Positions 9,022-18,415 of a stretch of DNA of 64,000 nt are shown one piece after another. The notes below the pieces were generated by a model that saw nothing but the letters and a program-made list of their open reading frames with translations, did no database searches and was not told the DNA's origin. The stretch spans positions 800,001 to 864,000 of the forward strand of contig CAWAGQ010000004.1 of NCBI GenBank assembly GCA_963781585.1, written 5' to 3'. Numbering within the stretch: the first letter of the stretch is position 1; each line of letters opens with the position of its first letter. The DNA comes from an uncultured Gemmatimonadaceae bacterium (lineage in GTDB: Bacteria > Gemmatimonadota > Gemmatimonadetes > Gemmatimonadales > Gemmatimonadaceae). Both the position numbers and the translations under genes were made by a program.

Positions 9022-10805
9022 GGGGTCACGCCTAACGCGTGGACCGCATACCAGACCGAGTAGGCCAGCAGTCCGGCCAGCGACGCGTCGGTGCCATTCC
9101 CGGCGGCCCGCCCGTCGGCGTCCACCTCCTCGGCCGCCATCCCCTGGTGGAGCGGCGCCCGCCGCAACCACTCCATCACCGTCCGCGCGTCCGGACCCAT
9201 CAGCCGCGCGCACTGCTGCACCAGATACCGCGGCGACAGGTCCAGCCCCCGTACGGTGCGCCGGTACGCCGAGTCGGAGCGGTCGACCATGTCGTACAGC
9301 GGGAGCCAGAGCACCGACACCAGCGGATCATCGTCGGCTACCGCCTCGCCCGCGAGATTGATGGCCGAGAGAAAGATCTCCTTGCCGTCGCGATCCTTGG
9401 AGAAGTGGCGGCGCAACGCGGCCCGCACCGCCTCGGGGTCCTGCACGTCGCGGGCGGTCTCCTCGTCCAGCGTCCGGCGAAAGACCTCGAGCGCCTGCGC
9501 CACCACGGCGTTGCCGTGCAGTGTGTACGGGAAGGCCGCGGGCCGCCCCGACGGCGTCACCTCCGTGGAGTACAGCGGAATCTGCTCGTTGCGACGCGCG
9601 GTGATGTCTTCCTTCGAGAGATAGAGCGTATCGGCAAGTACCGGCTCTTCGACGATCTGATCGTCTCCGGTCTCGCGGATGTAGCGATCGGTGGCCAGCG
9701 CGTAGGCCGCCGCCCCCTCGATGCAGAAGCCGGGCTCGAACAGCGCCCCGTCGAAATAGCGGACGCCGCTCCCCGGCGCGTAGCCGTGCAGTTCGCACGC
9801 CCGCAGCAACAGCTCGCGCGCCAGCGGCGGGTCTGCCAGCTGGACCGCGGGAATCGTCCAGTTCAGCGCCTCCCACTCGCGCACCGTCACCCCGCGACCG
9901 TGCCACGGCGCGCGCGTGCGCACCACGTAGAAGTGGGCGTCGTCCAGCGCGCGCGCCACGCTGAAGAAGTAGGCCAGCAGCAGATTGCGGTTGATCAGCC
10001 CGTCCAGCGAGTCCTGGCCGCTGCTCTGCTCGAGCGCACGCAGTGCCTCACGAGTGGCCGCGAGCAGGCTCCGCCATCCGCGACGCCGCATGACCGATAC
10101 GGTCGACTCGGCACCGTCACCCTCGGGGCCCACCGCAAGATAGAACGCCGTTTCCGCGCGGCCCCCCGCCCCCGCGCGCATCTGTCGTCGGATGGCGAAC
10201 CGCGGCGGCGCATCCTCGTCCACCGTGATGGTGGAGTCCCCGTCGCTGCCGATCGCGAGCGCCACCAGTCCGGGAAGGGCGCCACCCCGGAGGATCACCG
10301 CGTCCGATTCACCCCGCTGCACGATGTGGGCATCCCCGAACGGACGCGAGGTGCGAACGCGTAGCTGCCGATGGCCGAGCCGCCCCTCGAGGCCGATGGT
10401 CAGCTGGACCTCGCTCGCACCGCGGTTCTCGACCGAGATCGCGTAGACTGCGCCCGCCGTGTCCGCGTCGCGACCGTACGGGGCAAAAACGGTGGCGCGG
10501 ATCGTGAGCGCTCCCACGTTGCACACGAAGGCGGGTATCCATCCCACCACCCGCTCCCATGCCAGTTGCGCCCCGGCCAGAACGATCGGCGTGCCGTCCA
10601 CTTCGATGACCGGACGCGCGAGGGGCGCACCCTTCCCGCTCACGAACTCCGCGTCGCCGGCGAACTCCACCGCCGAACGCGAGCCGCGGTGCAGCACGCC
10701 CACGGCATGGATGGCGCCGTCAGCGGGATGAATGCACGGCAGCGCAATCCAGTGATTGCCGGTGATCTGCCACGGTACGGCCGGTATCGGCGAGGTGGTG
10801 TGCAT
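9018..10805 (-). CDS. GH125-like (six-hairpin glycosidase-like) protein with N-terminal extension
   Basis: C-terminal half resembles GH125 motifs: PSGRPAAFPYTLHGNAVV, DDDPLVSVLWLPLY..VDRSDSAYRRT, MAAEEVD. Coupled to galK. Confidence 0.6.
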   Translation of the reverse strand: MHTTSPIPAVPWQITGNHWIALPCIHPADGAIHAVGVLHRGSRSAVEFAGDAEFVSGKGAPLARPVIEVDGTPIVLAGAQLAWERVVGWIPAFVCNVGALTIRATVFAPYGRDADTAGAVYAISVENRGASEVQLTIGLEGRLGHRQLRVRTSRPFGDAHIVQRGESDAVILRGGALPGLVALAIGSDGDSTITVDEDAPPRFAIRRQMRAGAGGRAETAFYLAVGPEGDGAESTVSVMRRRGWRSLLAATREALRALEQSSGQDSLDGLINRNLLLAYFFSVARALDDAHFYVVRTRAPWHGRGVTVREWEALNWTIPAVQLADPPLARELLLRACELHGYAPGSGVRYFDGALFEPGFCIEGAAAYALATDRYIRETGDDQIVEEPVLADTLYLSKEDITARRNEQIPLYSTEVTPSGRPAAFPYTLHGNAVVAQALEVFRRTLDEETARDVQDPEAVRAALRRHFSKDRDGKEIFLSAINLAGEAVADDDPLVSVLWLPLYDMVDRSDSAYRRTVRGLDLSPRYLVQQCARLMGPDARTVMEWLRRAPLHQGMAAEEVDADGRAAGNGTDASLAGLLAYSVWYAVHALGVTP

Positions 10806-10903
10806 GCCGTTACTTTCCCAGACGCCCTGTCGGCCGCGGCCGCATGCTGCCGCCATCGCGCGGGCGACGTCGCTACCATCAGCTCGAATCTCCGCAACTT
10901 ACC

Positions 10904-12664
10904 GTGTTGCCGTCGAAGTACAACGGACGACGGCCGAGCCTGCAGGCGCTCCTCGCGCCCGCCTCTCTCGTCTTCCTCTGCGTCGTCGTTGCCCCCGCCC
11001 CCGCACGTGCGCAGTGGGTCCTGGGGCCGTGGGACGACGCCTCGGTGGCGCCGCGCGGCACGCTGCGCGCGGGCATCTCCACCTCGTGGACCCACGCCAA
11101 CGAACGCTTCCGGCGGTCGGGCACCAATGTCGAGACGCTCGGCGCGGACTTCACCCGCGACAGCCTGGGGCCCGCCGCGATTCCGCTGCTCGGCAGCCTG
11201 CGGACCCCGCTCCAGTCGCTGACCGGGCTTGCCAACCCGCCGCTCTCGCTCGGCCGGTTGCACGTGGACCTCGAGGCCACGGCCTACGTCACGCCCATCA
11301 CTCTGGAGTACGGAGTGACCAGCCGGTTGTCGCTGGGCGTCGTGGTGCCGTACGTCAAGACGCGCGCCGAGATCCTGGCCAATATGAATCCCAACGGTCC
11401 GGAGGGCACGCTGGGGCTCAACCCTGCCTACGCGGTCGTCGGCGCGAGGACCACCAACAGCCAGGTGGTGACGCAGCTCCAGGCGGCGGCGATGCAGGTG
11501 GAGAGCGAGCTGGCGCGGTGCCTGAACGACACCTCGGCGTCGTGCATGGCGATCAACGCGGATCGTCAGGCGGCCGCCGACCTGGCGACGACCGCCACGT
11601 CGACGGCCGGCCTGATCGCTGCGATCTACGGGACGGACGTCGCCAAGGGATCGCCGTTCGCTCCGGTCGGCCACACCGTGCTGCAGACGGCGGTCGAGAC
11701 GCGCCTGACGAATATGGATGCGCAGTTCCTGGCACTGCTGGGCGCTCCGACCGGCGGAGGCGCGGCATGGATCGGTGCGCGGCCGGTTGGCGCGCCGCCA
11801 TTGGCGTACGCCGGCCTGCAGCACATGCTCACCGATTCGGCGGTGGGCATCGCGGGTGTGCCGTTGACCGATATCGAGCGGAGCCACATCGGGGACATCG
11901 AGGTCGGGGGGAAGCTGGTTCTGTTCGACACCTTCGGGTCGGCGTCGGTCGGCGCGCCGCCGCGGGGCCTTGGCGCGCGCGCTGCGATCGCCGCCTCGGT
12001 TCGTCTGGCGACCGCGCAGCACGACACCCCCAACGATTTCGCGGACATCGGGACCGGCGATCGTCAGAACGACGTGGAGGTGCGCGGCTACCTCGACCTG
12101 CTGGCGGGGCACCGGTGGTGGGCGTCGCTGATCGGACGATATGGGGTGCAGCGCCCGGATCGCCTCACGCTGCGGGTACCGGCGGTGGTGGGTGAGCCGT
12201 TCCCGCCGCTCGCGAGCGAGCGCGAGGTGGGTCGCGACCTGGGCGACTACATGGAGGTGGAGGTCGCGCCACGCTGGGCGCCCAACGACGCGCTGTCATT
12301 CAGCGCCGACTACCGGTATCGCAGCAAACAGGCCGACCGCTATACGGGCGCCCCGTTCGACATTCCCGATCTCGCCGGCGGTTCGATCACGCTCCTTCCG
12401 GCGCTGCTCGGCCAGTTCACGGCCCAGAAGGAGCAGCGGGTGGGGGTGGCCCTCACCTTCTCCACCGTGCGGCAATACGAGCTGCACCGGGCGCCCTGGC
12501 CGCTGGAGGTGTCGCTCTTCCACACCCAGGTCCTGGCCGGCCAGGGCGTACCCAAGACCTTCGCGACCGCGGTGTCGCTGCGGCTGTATCATTCCCTGTT
12601 CGGGAGCGACCGGCGCGCGCCTGCACGTCGGGGCGCCGTCGGACTCGCGTCAGGCGGACGCTAG
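10904..12664 (+). CDS. Exported protein, probable outer-membrane beta-barrel (start uncertain)
   Basis: Signal peptide ending APARA-Q; alternating beta-strand segments (TLEYGVTSRLSLGVVVPYV, GDIEVGGKLVL, LSFSADYRY). Confidence 0.6.
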   Translation: MLPSKYNGRRPSLQALLAPASLVFLCVVVAPAPARAQWVLGPWDDASVAPRGTLRAGISTSWTHANERFRRSGTNVETLGADFTRDSLGPAAIPLLGSLRTPLQSLTGLANPPLSLGRLHVDLEATAYVTPITLEYGVTSRLSLGVVVPYVKTRAEILANMNPNGPEGTLGLNPAYAVVGARTTNSQVVTQLQAAAMQVESELARCLNDTSASCMAINADRQAAADLATTATSTAGLIAAIYGTDVAKGSPFAPVGHTVLQTAVETRLTNMDAQFLALLGAPTGGGAAWIGARPVGAPPLAYAGLQHMLTDSAVGIAGVPLTDIERSHIGDIEVGGKLVLFDTFGSASVGAPPRGLGARAAIAASVRLATAQHDTPNDFADIGTGDRQNDVEVRGYLDLLAGHRWWASLIGRYGVQRPDRLTLRVPAVVGEPFPPLASEREVGRDLGDYMEVEVAPRWAPNDALSFSADYRYRSKQADRYTGAPFDIPDLAGGSITLLPALLGQFTAQKEQRVGVALTFSTVRQYELHRAPWPLEVSLFHTQVLAGQGVPKTFATAVSLRLYHSLFGSDRRAPARRGAVGLASGGR

Positions 12665-12721
12665 GCATTCGTCAGGCTGGCGTTAGGCAGTCGTGAGGCG
12701 CTCGTCAGGCGCTCGTCAGGC
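12648..12721 (+). repeat. Seven-copy array of CGTYAGGC-like octamers with exact 11-bp period
   Basis: Units start at 12648, 12659, 12670, 12681, 12692, 12703 and 12714. Confidence 0.9.
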
Positions 12722-12800
12722 GGCGCATCCCGCTGGCCGCCGAGGCGGGGTACCCGCAATCCCGGGGGGCTCCCGCCCGGCGAGAACCGGGCGACCGGGC

Positions 12801-14540
12801 TCAGGCGCGGCGCCTGCGCGGACCGCCCGCCGGCCGCGCCCGACCCGGAGCCGGCGGCGGTGCGGGCGTGCGGGGCGCCGACGCGGCATCGAGCAGCTCG
12901 CGCGCGTGCGCCCGGCTCACCGGGCTCCCCGGATCGCCGTCGAGCATTCGTGCCAGTTCCCCGACTCGCGCATCGCCCGACACCACCGCCACGTCGGCCG
13001 CGGTGACCCCCTCCCGCGCCCCCTTCGTCACCGCGATCTGATGGTGCGCGCGGGCCGCGATCTGCGCCAGGTGCGTGATCACCACGACCTGATGGTGCGC
13101 CGACACGTCGCGCAGCGCGCTTCCGACCTGGAGCGCCACCGCGCCCCCGATCCCGGCATCGACTTCGTCGAACACCAGCGTCGGGACCCGGTCCAGCCGC
13201 GCCAGGATCGTCTTGAGCGCCAGCATCACGCGCGACAGCTCGCCACCCGACGCCACCCGCGCCAACGGCCGCTCCTCGTGCCCCACGTTGAGCGCCACGC
13301 GAAACTCCACATCCTCGGCCCCGGTAGACGCAATGGACCCGCGCGGGGAGAGCACCACCGTGAACCGGCCGTCGGGGAGCCCGAGATCGGGGAGCAAGGC
13401 CGTGACCTCGGCCGCCAGACGCGAGGCCCCGGCCGCCCTCCGCCGCGTCAGCTCGGCGGCCGCGTCGCGCAGCGTCCGCTCGGCCTCCTCCTGCCGGGCG
13501 CCTAACGTGCGGAGGTCCAGATCGGCCGTGTCGAGGACATCCAGTTCCGCGCGCGCCTCGGCCAGTGTCTGGAGTACCGCCGCCACCGACCCTCCGTACT
13601 TCCGGGTGACGCGCTGGATGATGTCTCGTCGATCCTCGATCTGTGCCAGGCGATCGGGATCGGCGTCGAGCGACGCCTCGTAGGTGCCAAGTTCCCGCAC
13701 CAGGTCCTCCAGCGACACGAAGGCGCCGTCGAGCCCCTCCTGCAGCCGGAAGAGCGTCGGATCGAGTCGCTGGGCAGTCGCCAGCGACCTGCGCGCCACG
13801 GCCAGACGGGCCAGGACCGACCAGTCCCCGCTCTCCACCGCCCCGCGGATCTCTCCCACCGCGGCGCGCAGATCCTCCACGTGCGCCAGTCGCTGTCCCT
13901 CGTCGGCCAGCCGCTCCGCCTCACCTTCCACCAGCCTGGCGTCGGCGATCTCGCGCGCGACGTGCCGCAGATAATCCGCCCGGCGGTCCGCGGTCTCGCG
14001 CCGCGCGGTGAGCGACACGATCTCGGTGCGGATGGCCGATGCCTGGGCGAACGCATCCAGAACGCGCCGCGAAAGATCCGCGCCGTCGGCAAACGCGTCC
14101 ACCACGGCGCGCTGAGCGTCCGAGTGCAACAACGTCTGCGACTCGTGCTGGCCATGGAGATTCGCGAGCATCCGGCCGGCTTCGGCGAGCACCGCCGTCG
14201 TCACCGCCGACCCGTTGATCCAGGCCCTGCTCCGGCCCCCCGCGGCCACCTCCCGCCGGAGCACGACCAGCCCGTCCTCCACGTCCAGCCCATGGTCGTC
14301 CAGGGTGGTCACCACCTCGGGTACGTCGCGCGCGTCGAACACGCCTTCCACCACCGCCCGGTCGGCGCCGGTGCGCACCACGTCCGCGTTCGCGCGCTCG
14401 CCCAGCAGCAGCCCCAGGGCGCCGACGATAATGGACTTGCCCGCTCCGGTCTCGCCCGACAGCACGTTGAACCCGGATTCCAGCGGAAGCGTCAGCGACT
14501 CGATGATCGCCAGGTTCCGAATCCGCAGTTCCCGCAGCAT
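12801..14540 (-). CDS. recN: DNA repair protein RecN
   Basis: MLRELRIRNLAII, GETGAGKS Walker A, ASGGELSR signature, FDEVDAGIGG, ITHLAQIAA. Confidence 0.96.
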   Translation of the reverse strand: MLRELRIRNLAIIESLTLPLESGFNVLSGETGAGKSIIVGALGLLLGERANADVVRTGADRAVVEGVFDARDVPEVVTTLDDHGLDVEDGLVVLRREVAAGGRSRAWINGSAVTTAVLAEAGRMLANLHGQHESQTLLHSDAQRAVVDAFADGADLSRRVLDAFAQASAIRTEIVSLTARRETADRRADYLRHVAREIADARLVEGEAERLADEGQRLAHVEDLRAAVGEIRGAVESGDWSVLARLAVARRSLATAQRLDPTLFRLQEGLDGAFVSLEDLVRELGTYEASLDADPDRLAQIEDRRDIIQRVTRKYGGSVAAVLQTLAEARAELDVLDTADLDLRTLGARQEEAERTLRDAAAELTRRRAAGASRLAAEVTALLPDLGLPDGRFTVVLSPRGSIASTGAEDVEFRVALNVGHEERPLARVASGGELSRVMLALKTILARLDRVPTLVFDEVDAGIGGAVALQVGSALRDVSAHHQVVVITHLAQIAARAHHQIAVTKGAREGVTAADVAVVSGDARVGELARMLDGDPGSPVSRAHARELLDAASAPRTPAPPPAPGRARPAGGPRRRRA

Positions 14541-15391
14541 CAGTCGCGCACGTCGTCGCCGATGGTCCCCCAGCCCAGCTTGCGCCGCATTCGCGAGAAG
14601 AACGTCACCTCGGGGAAGCGCACCAGCAGTACCGGCCGCGCCGCCTTGCGCACCGTGAGCGATTCGGCTCCGCCTAACGTGGTGCCGACCTGGCCGTCGA
14701 CGGTGACCAGCGAGTCGCTGTCCTCGCCGGCGTGCACCACCACCGTGGCCTGGGGGCCGAGCACCAGCGGGCGGACGGCCAGCGCATGCGCCGAGATCGG
14801 GGTGACGATGATGGAGTCGTGCCCCGGCACCACGATCGGACCGCCTGCCGAGAGGCTGTAGGCGGTGGACCCGGTGGGAGTGGAGAGCACGATCCCGTCG
14901 GCCGCGAATGTCGCGATCGTCTCGCCATCGATCTCCAGCCGCGTGTGCATCACGCGCGCCTTGCCGCCCTTGTGCAGCACCACGTCGTTCAGCGCGTACC
15001 AGCAGCGGGCGGCCTGGGCCACGGACGGAAAGGCCTCGAGCGCCATCCGGGTGTCGGCGCGAAAGTCCCCCGCCACGAAGCGGCGCAGGCCGGTCTCCAT
15101 TTCGTCGCCGCCACAGGAAGTGAGGAATCCCAGCCGGCCGAGATTGATGCCGAGGATGGGGACGCTGCGTCCCGCGAGCAGACGTGCGCCGCGCAGCAGC
15201 GTCCCGTCGCCGCCCAGGGTCATCAGGAGATCGACCTGGTCGGCGTCGAGCAGGGGAGTCGTGGACGTCCCCTGCAGATCGGTCTCGAACGACAGGTTCG
15301 CCCCCACCGCCGGCGCCACGCGCTGCAGCCGGTCGAGGATGGCCGGCAGTCCGGCGTAGTCGCGATTGCCGATGACGCCGATTCGCGTCAC
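14540..15391 (-). CDS. nadK: NAD kinase
   Basis: GGDGT, NLGRLGFL and STPTGSTAYSLSAGGP motifs. Confidence 0.96.
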   Translation of the reverse strand: MTRIGVIGNRDYAGLPAILDRLQRVAPAVGANLSFETDLQGTSTTPLLDADQVDLLMTLGGDGTLLRGARLLAGRSVPILGINLGRLGFLTSCGGDEMETGLRRFVAGDFRADTRMALEAFPSVAQAARCWYALNDVVLHKGGKARVMHTRLEIDGETIATFAADGIVLSTPTGSTAYSLSAGGPIVVPGHDSIIVTPISAHALAVRPLVLGPQATVVVHAGEDSDSLVTVDGQVGTTLGGAESLTVRKAARPVLLVRFPEVTFFSRMRRKLGWGTIGDDVRD

Positions 15392-17268
15392 CCGGTGAGC
15401 GCCTCGCTCTCGCGCAGCGCGCGCACGCGGTCCGCGATGCCGGCGGCATCGAGACCGGTCGCCGCCAGTTGCCGCGCCCGCGGTGCGGCGGGGATGATCC
15501 GGTCGGGGACCCCGTGCGCCACCACGCGGACCGTGTGGTCGAGCCGCTCCACCTCCGCCGCGATCATCGCCCCGAAGCCGTTCACCACCGTCCCCTCCTC
15601 CACCACCAGCAGCGAACGATGATCGGCCACCAGGGCCGCGAGCGTGAGCGTGTCATACGGCTTCAGGAAGCGGCAGTTGACCACAGTGATGTCGAACCCT
15701 TCCCCAGCCAGGGCCGACGCTGCGTCGAGCGACGGCAGCACCATCGTGCCGACGCCGAGGATGGCGATCTCGCTGCCTTTGCGCAGCACCTCCCAGGTCC
15801 CTTCCGGCACGGCCGGGATCTCCGCCATCGCCGGCGGCACGTCGGGCGCCGCCGCGCGAGGATAGCGGAGCGCGAACGGCCCCCCACGGTGGCGGATCGC
15901 GGTCTTCAGAAGCCCGAGCATCTCGGCCGCGTCCTTCGGGGCGGTCACGGTCATATTCGGCACCGCCAGCATGTACGCGATGTCGTAGAGGCCCATGTGG
16001 GTCTCGCCGTCCTCCCCCACCAGGCCCGCGCGATCGAGACAGAACGTCACGGGCAGCCGCTGGATCGCGACATCGTGAATGATGCTGTCGTAGGCGCGTT
16101 GCAGGAACGTCGAATAGATGGCGGCCACCGGCCGCACGCCACGCGTGGCCAGGCCCGCGGCGAACGTCACCGCGTGCGCCTCGGCGATGCCCACGTCGAA
16201 GAAGCGCGTGGGGTGCTTCTCGGCCACGGCGTCGGTGCCGGTGCCACTCGGCATCGCCGCGGTAATGGCGACCACGTCGCGTTCTTCGTTCATCAACTCC
16301 ACCAGCCCGCGACCGAACACCTTCGTGTAGTTGGGATTCGCGGTCGAGGTCTTGCGCTGCTTGCCGGTGGCCGGGTCGTGACCAGGTGGCAGCGCGTGCC
16401 ACTTCTCCACGTGCTCGCCGGCGGGGAATCCCTTCCCCTTCTGCGTCACCACGTGCACCAGGCGCGGTCCGTGCATCGAGCGGACGGCCGAGAAGGTGTC
16501 CAGCAGCTGATCGATGTCGTGTCCGTCGATCGGTCCGAAGTACCGGAAGCCCAGCTCCTCGAACAGCACCCCCGGCGTCAGAAACGACTTGACGCTCTCC
16601 TCCCACTTCCGCACCAGCGTGCTGAGCGCCGGGCGTCCCTGCACCACCTCGCCGATCCTGGCGCGCACCCGGTTGTAGAGCGGGTTCCGCTGCACCGAGT
16701 TCAGGTACTTGGAGATCGCTCCCACGTTAGGCGCGATCGACATCTCGTTGTCGTTCAACACGACGATGATGTCGCGCCCGGAGTGGCCGGCGTTGTTCAG
16801 CCCTTCGTAGGCGAGCCCGCAGGTCAGGGCGCCGTCCCCGACCACCGCCACCACGCGATACGACTCGCCCAGCACGTCGCGTCCGGCCGCCATCCCCAGG
16901 GCCGCCGAGATGGCCGTCCCGGCGTGTCCCGCGCCGAACGCGTCGTACTCGCTCTCGCTGCGCTTGAGGAAGCCGGAGAGCCCGCCTTCCTGACGCAGCG
17001 ATTCCATGCGCTCGTTGCGGCCGGTCAGGACCTTGTGGGGATACCCCTGGTGGCCCACGTCCCACACCAGCTGGTCGCGCGGCGTGTCGAACGCGGTGTG
17101 GAGCGCGATCGTCAGCTCCACCACACCGAGCCCGGCGCCGATGTGTCCGCCGGTGCGCGAGCAGACATCGATCAGTCGCTGCCGGATCTCCGGCGCCAGC
17201 GCCCGCAGCTCCTCGCGCGTCAGCGCGCGCAGGTCGTCGGCTCCGTGAATGCGATCGAGGATGGGCAT
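15388..17268 (-). CDS. dxs: 1-deoxy-D-xylulose-5-phosphate synthase
   Basis: WDVGHQ, GDGA...NDN, DVGIAE, IYSTFLQRAYD and DGETH motifs. Confidence 0.97.
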   Translation of the reverse strand: MPILDRIHGADDLRALTREELRALAPEIRQRLIDVCSRTGGHIGAGLGVVELTIALHTAFDTPRDQLVWDVGHQGYPHKVLTGRNERMESLRQEGGLSGFLKRSESEYDAFGAGHAGTAISAALGMAAGRDVLGESYRVVAVVGDGALTCGLAYEGLNNAGHSGRDIIVVLNDNEMSIAPNVGAISKYLNSVQRNPLYNRVRARIGEVVQGRPALSTLVRKWEESVKSFLTPGVLFEELGFRYFGPIDGHDIDQLLDTFSAVRSMHGPRLVHVVTQKGKGFPAGEHVEKWHALPPGHDPATGKQRKTSTANPNYTKVFGRGLVELMNEERDVVAITAAMPSGTGTDAVAEKHPTRFFDVGIAEAHAVTFAAGLATRGVRPVAAIYSTFLQRAYDSIIHDVAIQRLPVTFCLDRAGLVGEDGETHMGLYDIAYMLAVPNMTVTAPKDAAEMLGLLKTAIRHRGGPFALRYPRAAAPDVPPAMAEIPAVPEGTWEVLRKGSEIAILGVGTMVLPSLDAASALAGEGFDITVVNCRFLKPYDTLTLAALVADHRSLLVVEEGTVVNGFGAMIAAEVERLDHTVRVVAHGVPDRIIPAAPRARQLAATGLDAAGIADRVRALRESEALTG

Positions 17269-17313
17269 GGCGGGATGCGAGCGGGGTGCCGTACGAGGGG
17301 CAATCTAGCGGAA

Positions 17314-18210
17314 TTACGAGGTGCGTTCGACGACGTACGAGGCCAGCGCGTCCAGCGCGGGGGTGGAGCGGCCGCCCTGGCGGAGGAAGGCGCAGGCCTC
17401 GCTGGCCAGCGATCGGGCGCGCGCCAGCGCTCCCTCCACCCCGAGCAGCACCGGATAGGTGCTCTTGCGCAGGGCGGCGTCGTGCCCCGCGGTCTTGCCC
17501 AGCTGGTCGGTGGTCGCCGTGACGTCGAGGATGTCGTCGGCGATCTGGAAAGCCAGTCCGAGCGCCTCTCCGTAGCGGGTGAGCACCGCCAGCGTGACAG
17601 CGTCCGCCCCGGCCGCCAATGCCCCAATCCTCGCCGACGCCGTGATGAGCATGCCGGTCTTGGCCCGGTGAACGCGTTCCAGCTCCTCCATCTCCAGGCG
17701 CCGTCCCTCGGCCTCGAGATCGAGCAGCTGGCCGCCGATCATCCCCCCAGCCCCGGCCGCCCGCATCAACTCCGCCACGATCTCCCCCGACCGCTGCGGC
17801 GACAGTCCCAGCGCGCGCCCCGCCTGGTACGCCGCGCGGGCCGCGAGCGGCACCATCGCCACGCCGGCCGCGGTAGCGGTGGGGACGCCGAACACGCGGT
17901 GCACCGTGGGCCGGCCGCGACGGACGCTGTCGTTGTCCATGCACGGGAGGTCGTCGTGGACCAGGGAGTACGCGTGCACGACCTCCACCGCCGCCGCCAG
18001 CCCGCTCGCATCGGCCAGTCCGCCGCCCGCACGGTAGCTCTCGATGACCAGCAGACCGCGCAGCCGCTTTCCCTCGCCGAGCAGGCTGTAGCGGATGGCA
18101 TCGGCCACGTGGGGCGCGGTGCCGCTGAGGTCGCGCGCGCACATGGTCTGCAGGGCGGCGTCGACCAGATCGCGGTCGGCGCCGAGCAGATCCAGTGCCG
18201 CGTCAGGCAT
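17314..18210 (-). CDS. ispA: Farnesyl/geranylgeranyl diphosphate synthase
   Basis: GKRLR, SLVHDDLPCMDND, KTG and FQIADDILD motifs. Confidence 0.93.
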   Translation of the reverse strand: MPDAALDLLGADRDLVDAALQTMCARDLSGTAPHVADAIRYSLLGEGKRLRGLLVIESYRAGGGLADASGLAAAVEVVHAYSLVHDDLPCMDNDSVRRGRPTVHRVFGVPTATAAGVAMVPLAARAAYQAGRALGLSPQRSGEIVAELMRAAGAGGMIGGQLLDLEAEGRRLEMEELERVHRAKTGMLITASARIGALAAGADAVTLAVLTRYGEALGLAFQIADDILDVTATTDQLGKTAGHDAALRKSTYPVLLGVEGALARARSLASEACAFLRQGGRSTPALDALASYVVERTS

Positions 18211-18415
18211 TCAGGTCGCGCACCTCGAACACGCCGTCGGCTCGCTCGCGCAGCACCTTCACGGTGGTTTCGGCAGCCGCCAGCGCGGCCGTGGCTTCGC
18301 GAAGGCGTGTCACTCCTTCCTCGAACAGCGCGAGCGCCCGGTCGAGCGCGAGGTCGTCCTCCTCCAGCGACTGCACGATCTCTTCCAGCCGCCGCAGGCT
18401 CGCTTCGAAGCTCAT
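18203..18415 (-). CDS. xseB: Exodeoxyribonuclease VII small subunit
   Basis: [18 protein letters not shown]...LALFEEG; lies between xseA and ispA. Confidence 0.93.
   Translation of the reverse strand: MSFEASLRRLEEIVQSLEEDDLALDRALALFEEGVTRLREATAALAAAETTVKVLRERADGVFEVRDLNA

Noticed and set aside
12648..12721. Possible CRISPR array at the tandem repeats (also 31102-31192)
   Set aside because: Units are 7-11 bp with no spacer-sized unique sequences and no cas genes.
12801..15449. Apparent 882-aa RecN fusion, and similar N-terminal extensions of galK, pheT, rpmI, hemW, rarA and the M20 gene
   Set aside because: The extensions are off-frame read-through of upstream genes or UTRs; true starts sit at the family N-termini, often at stop/start overlaps.
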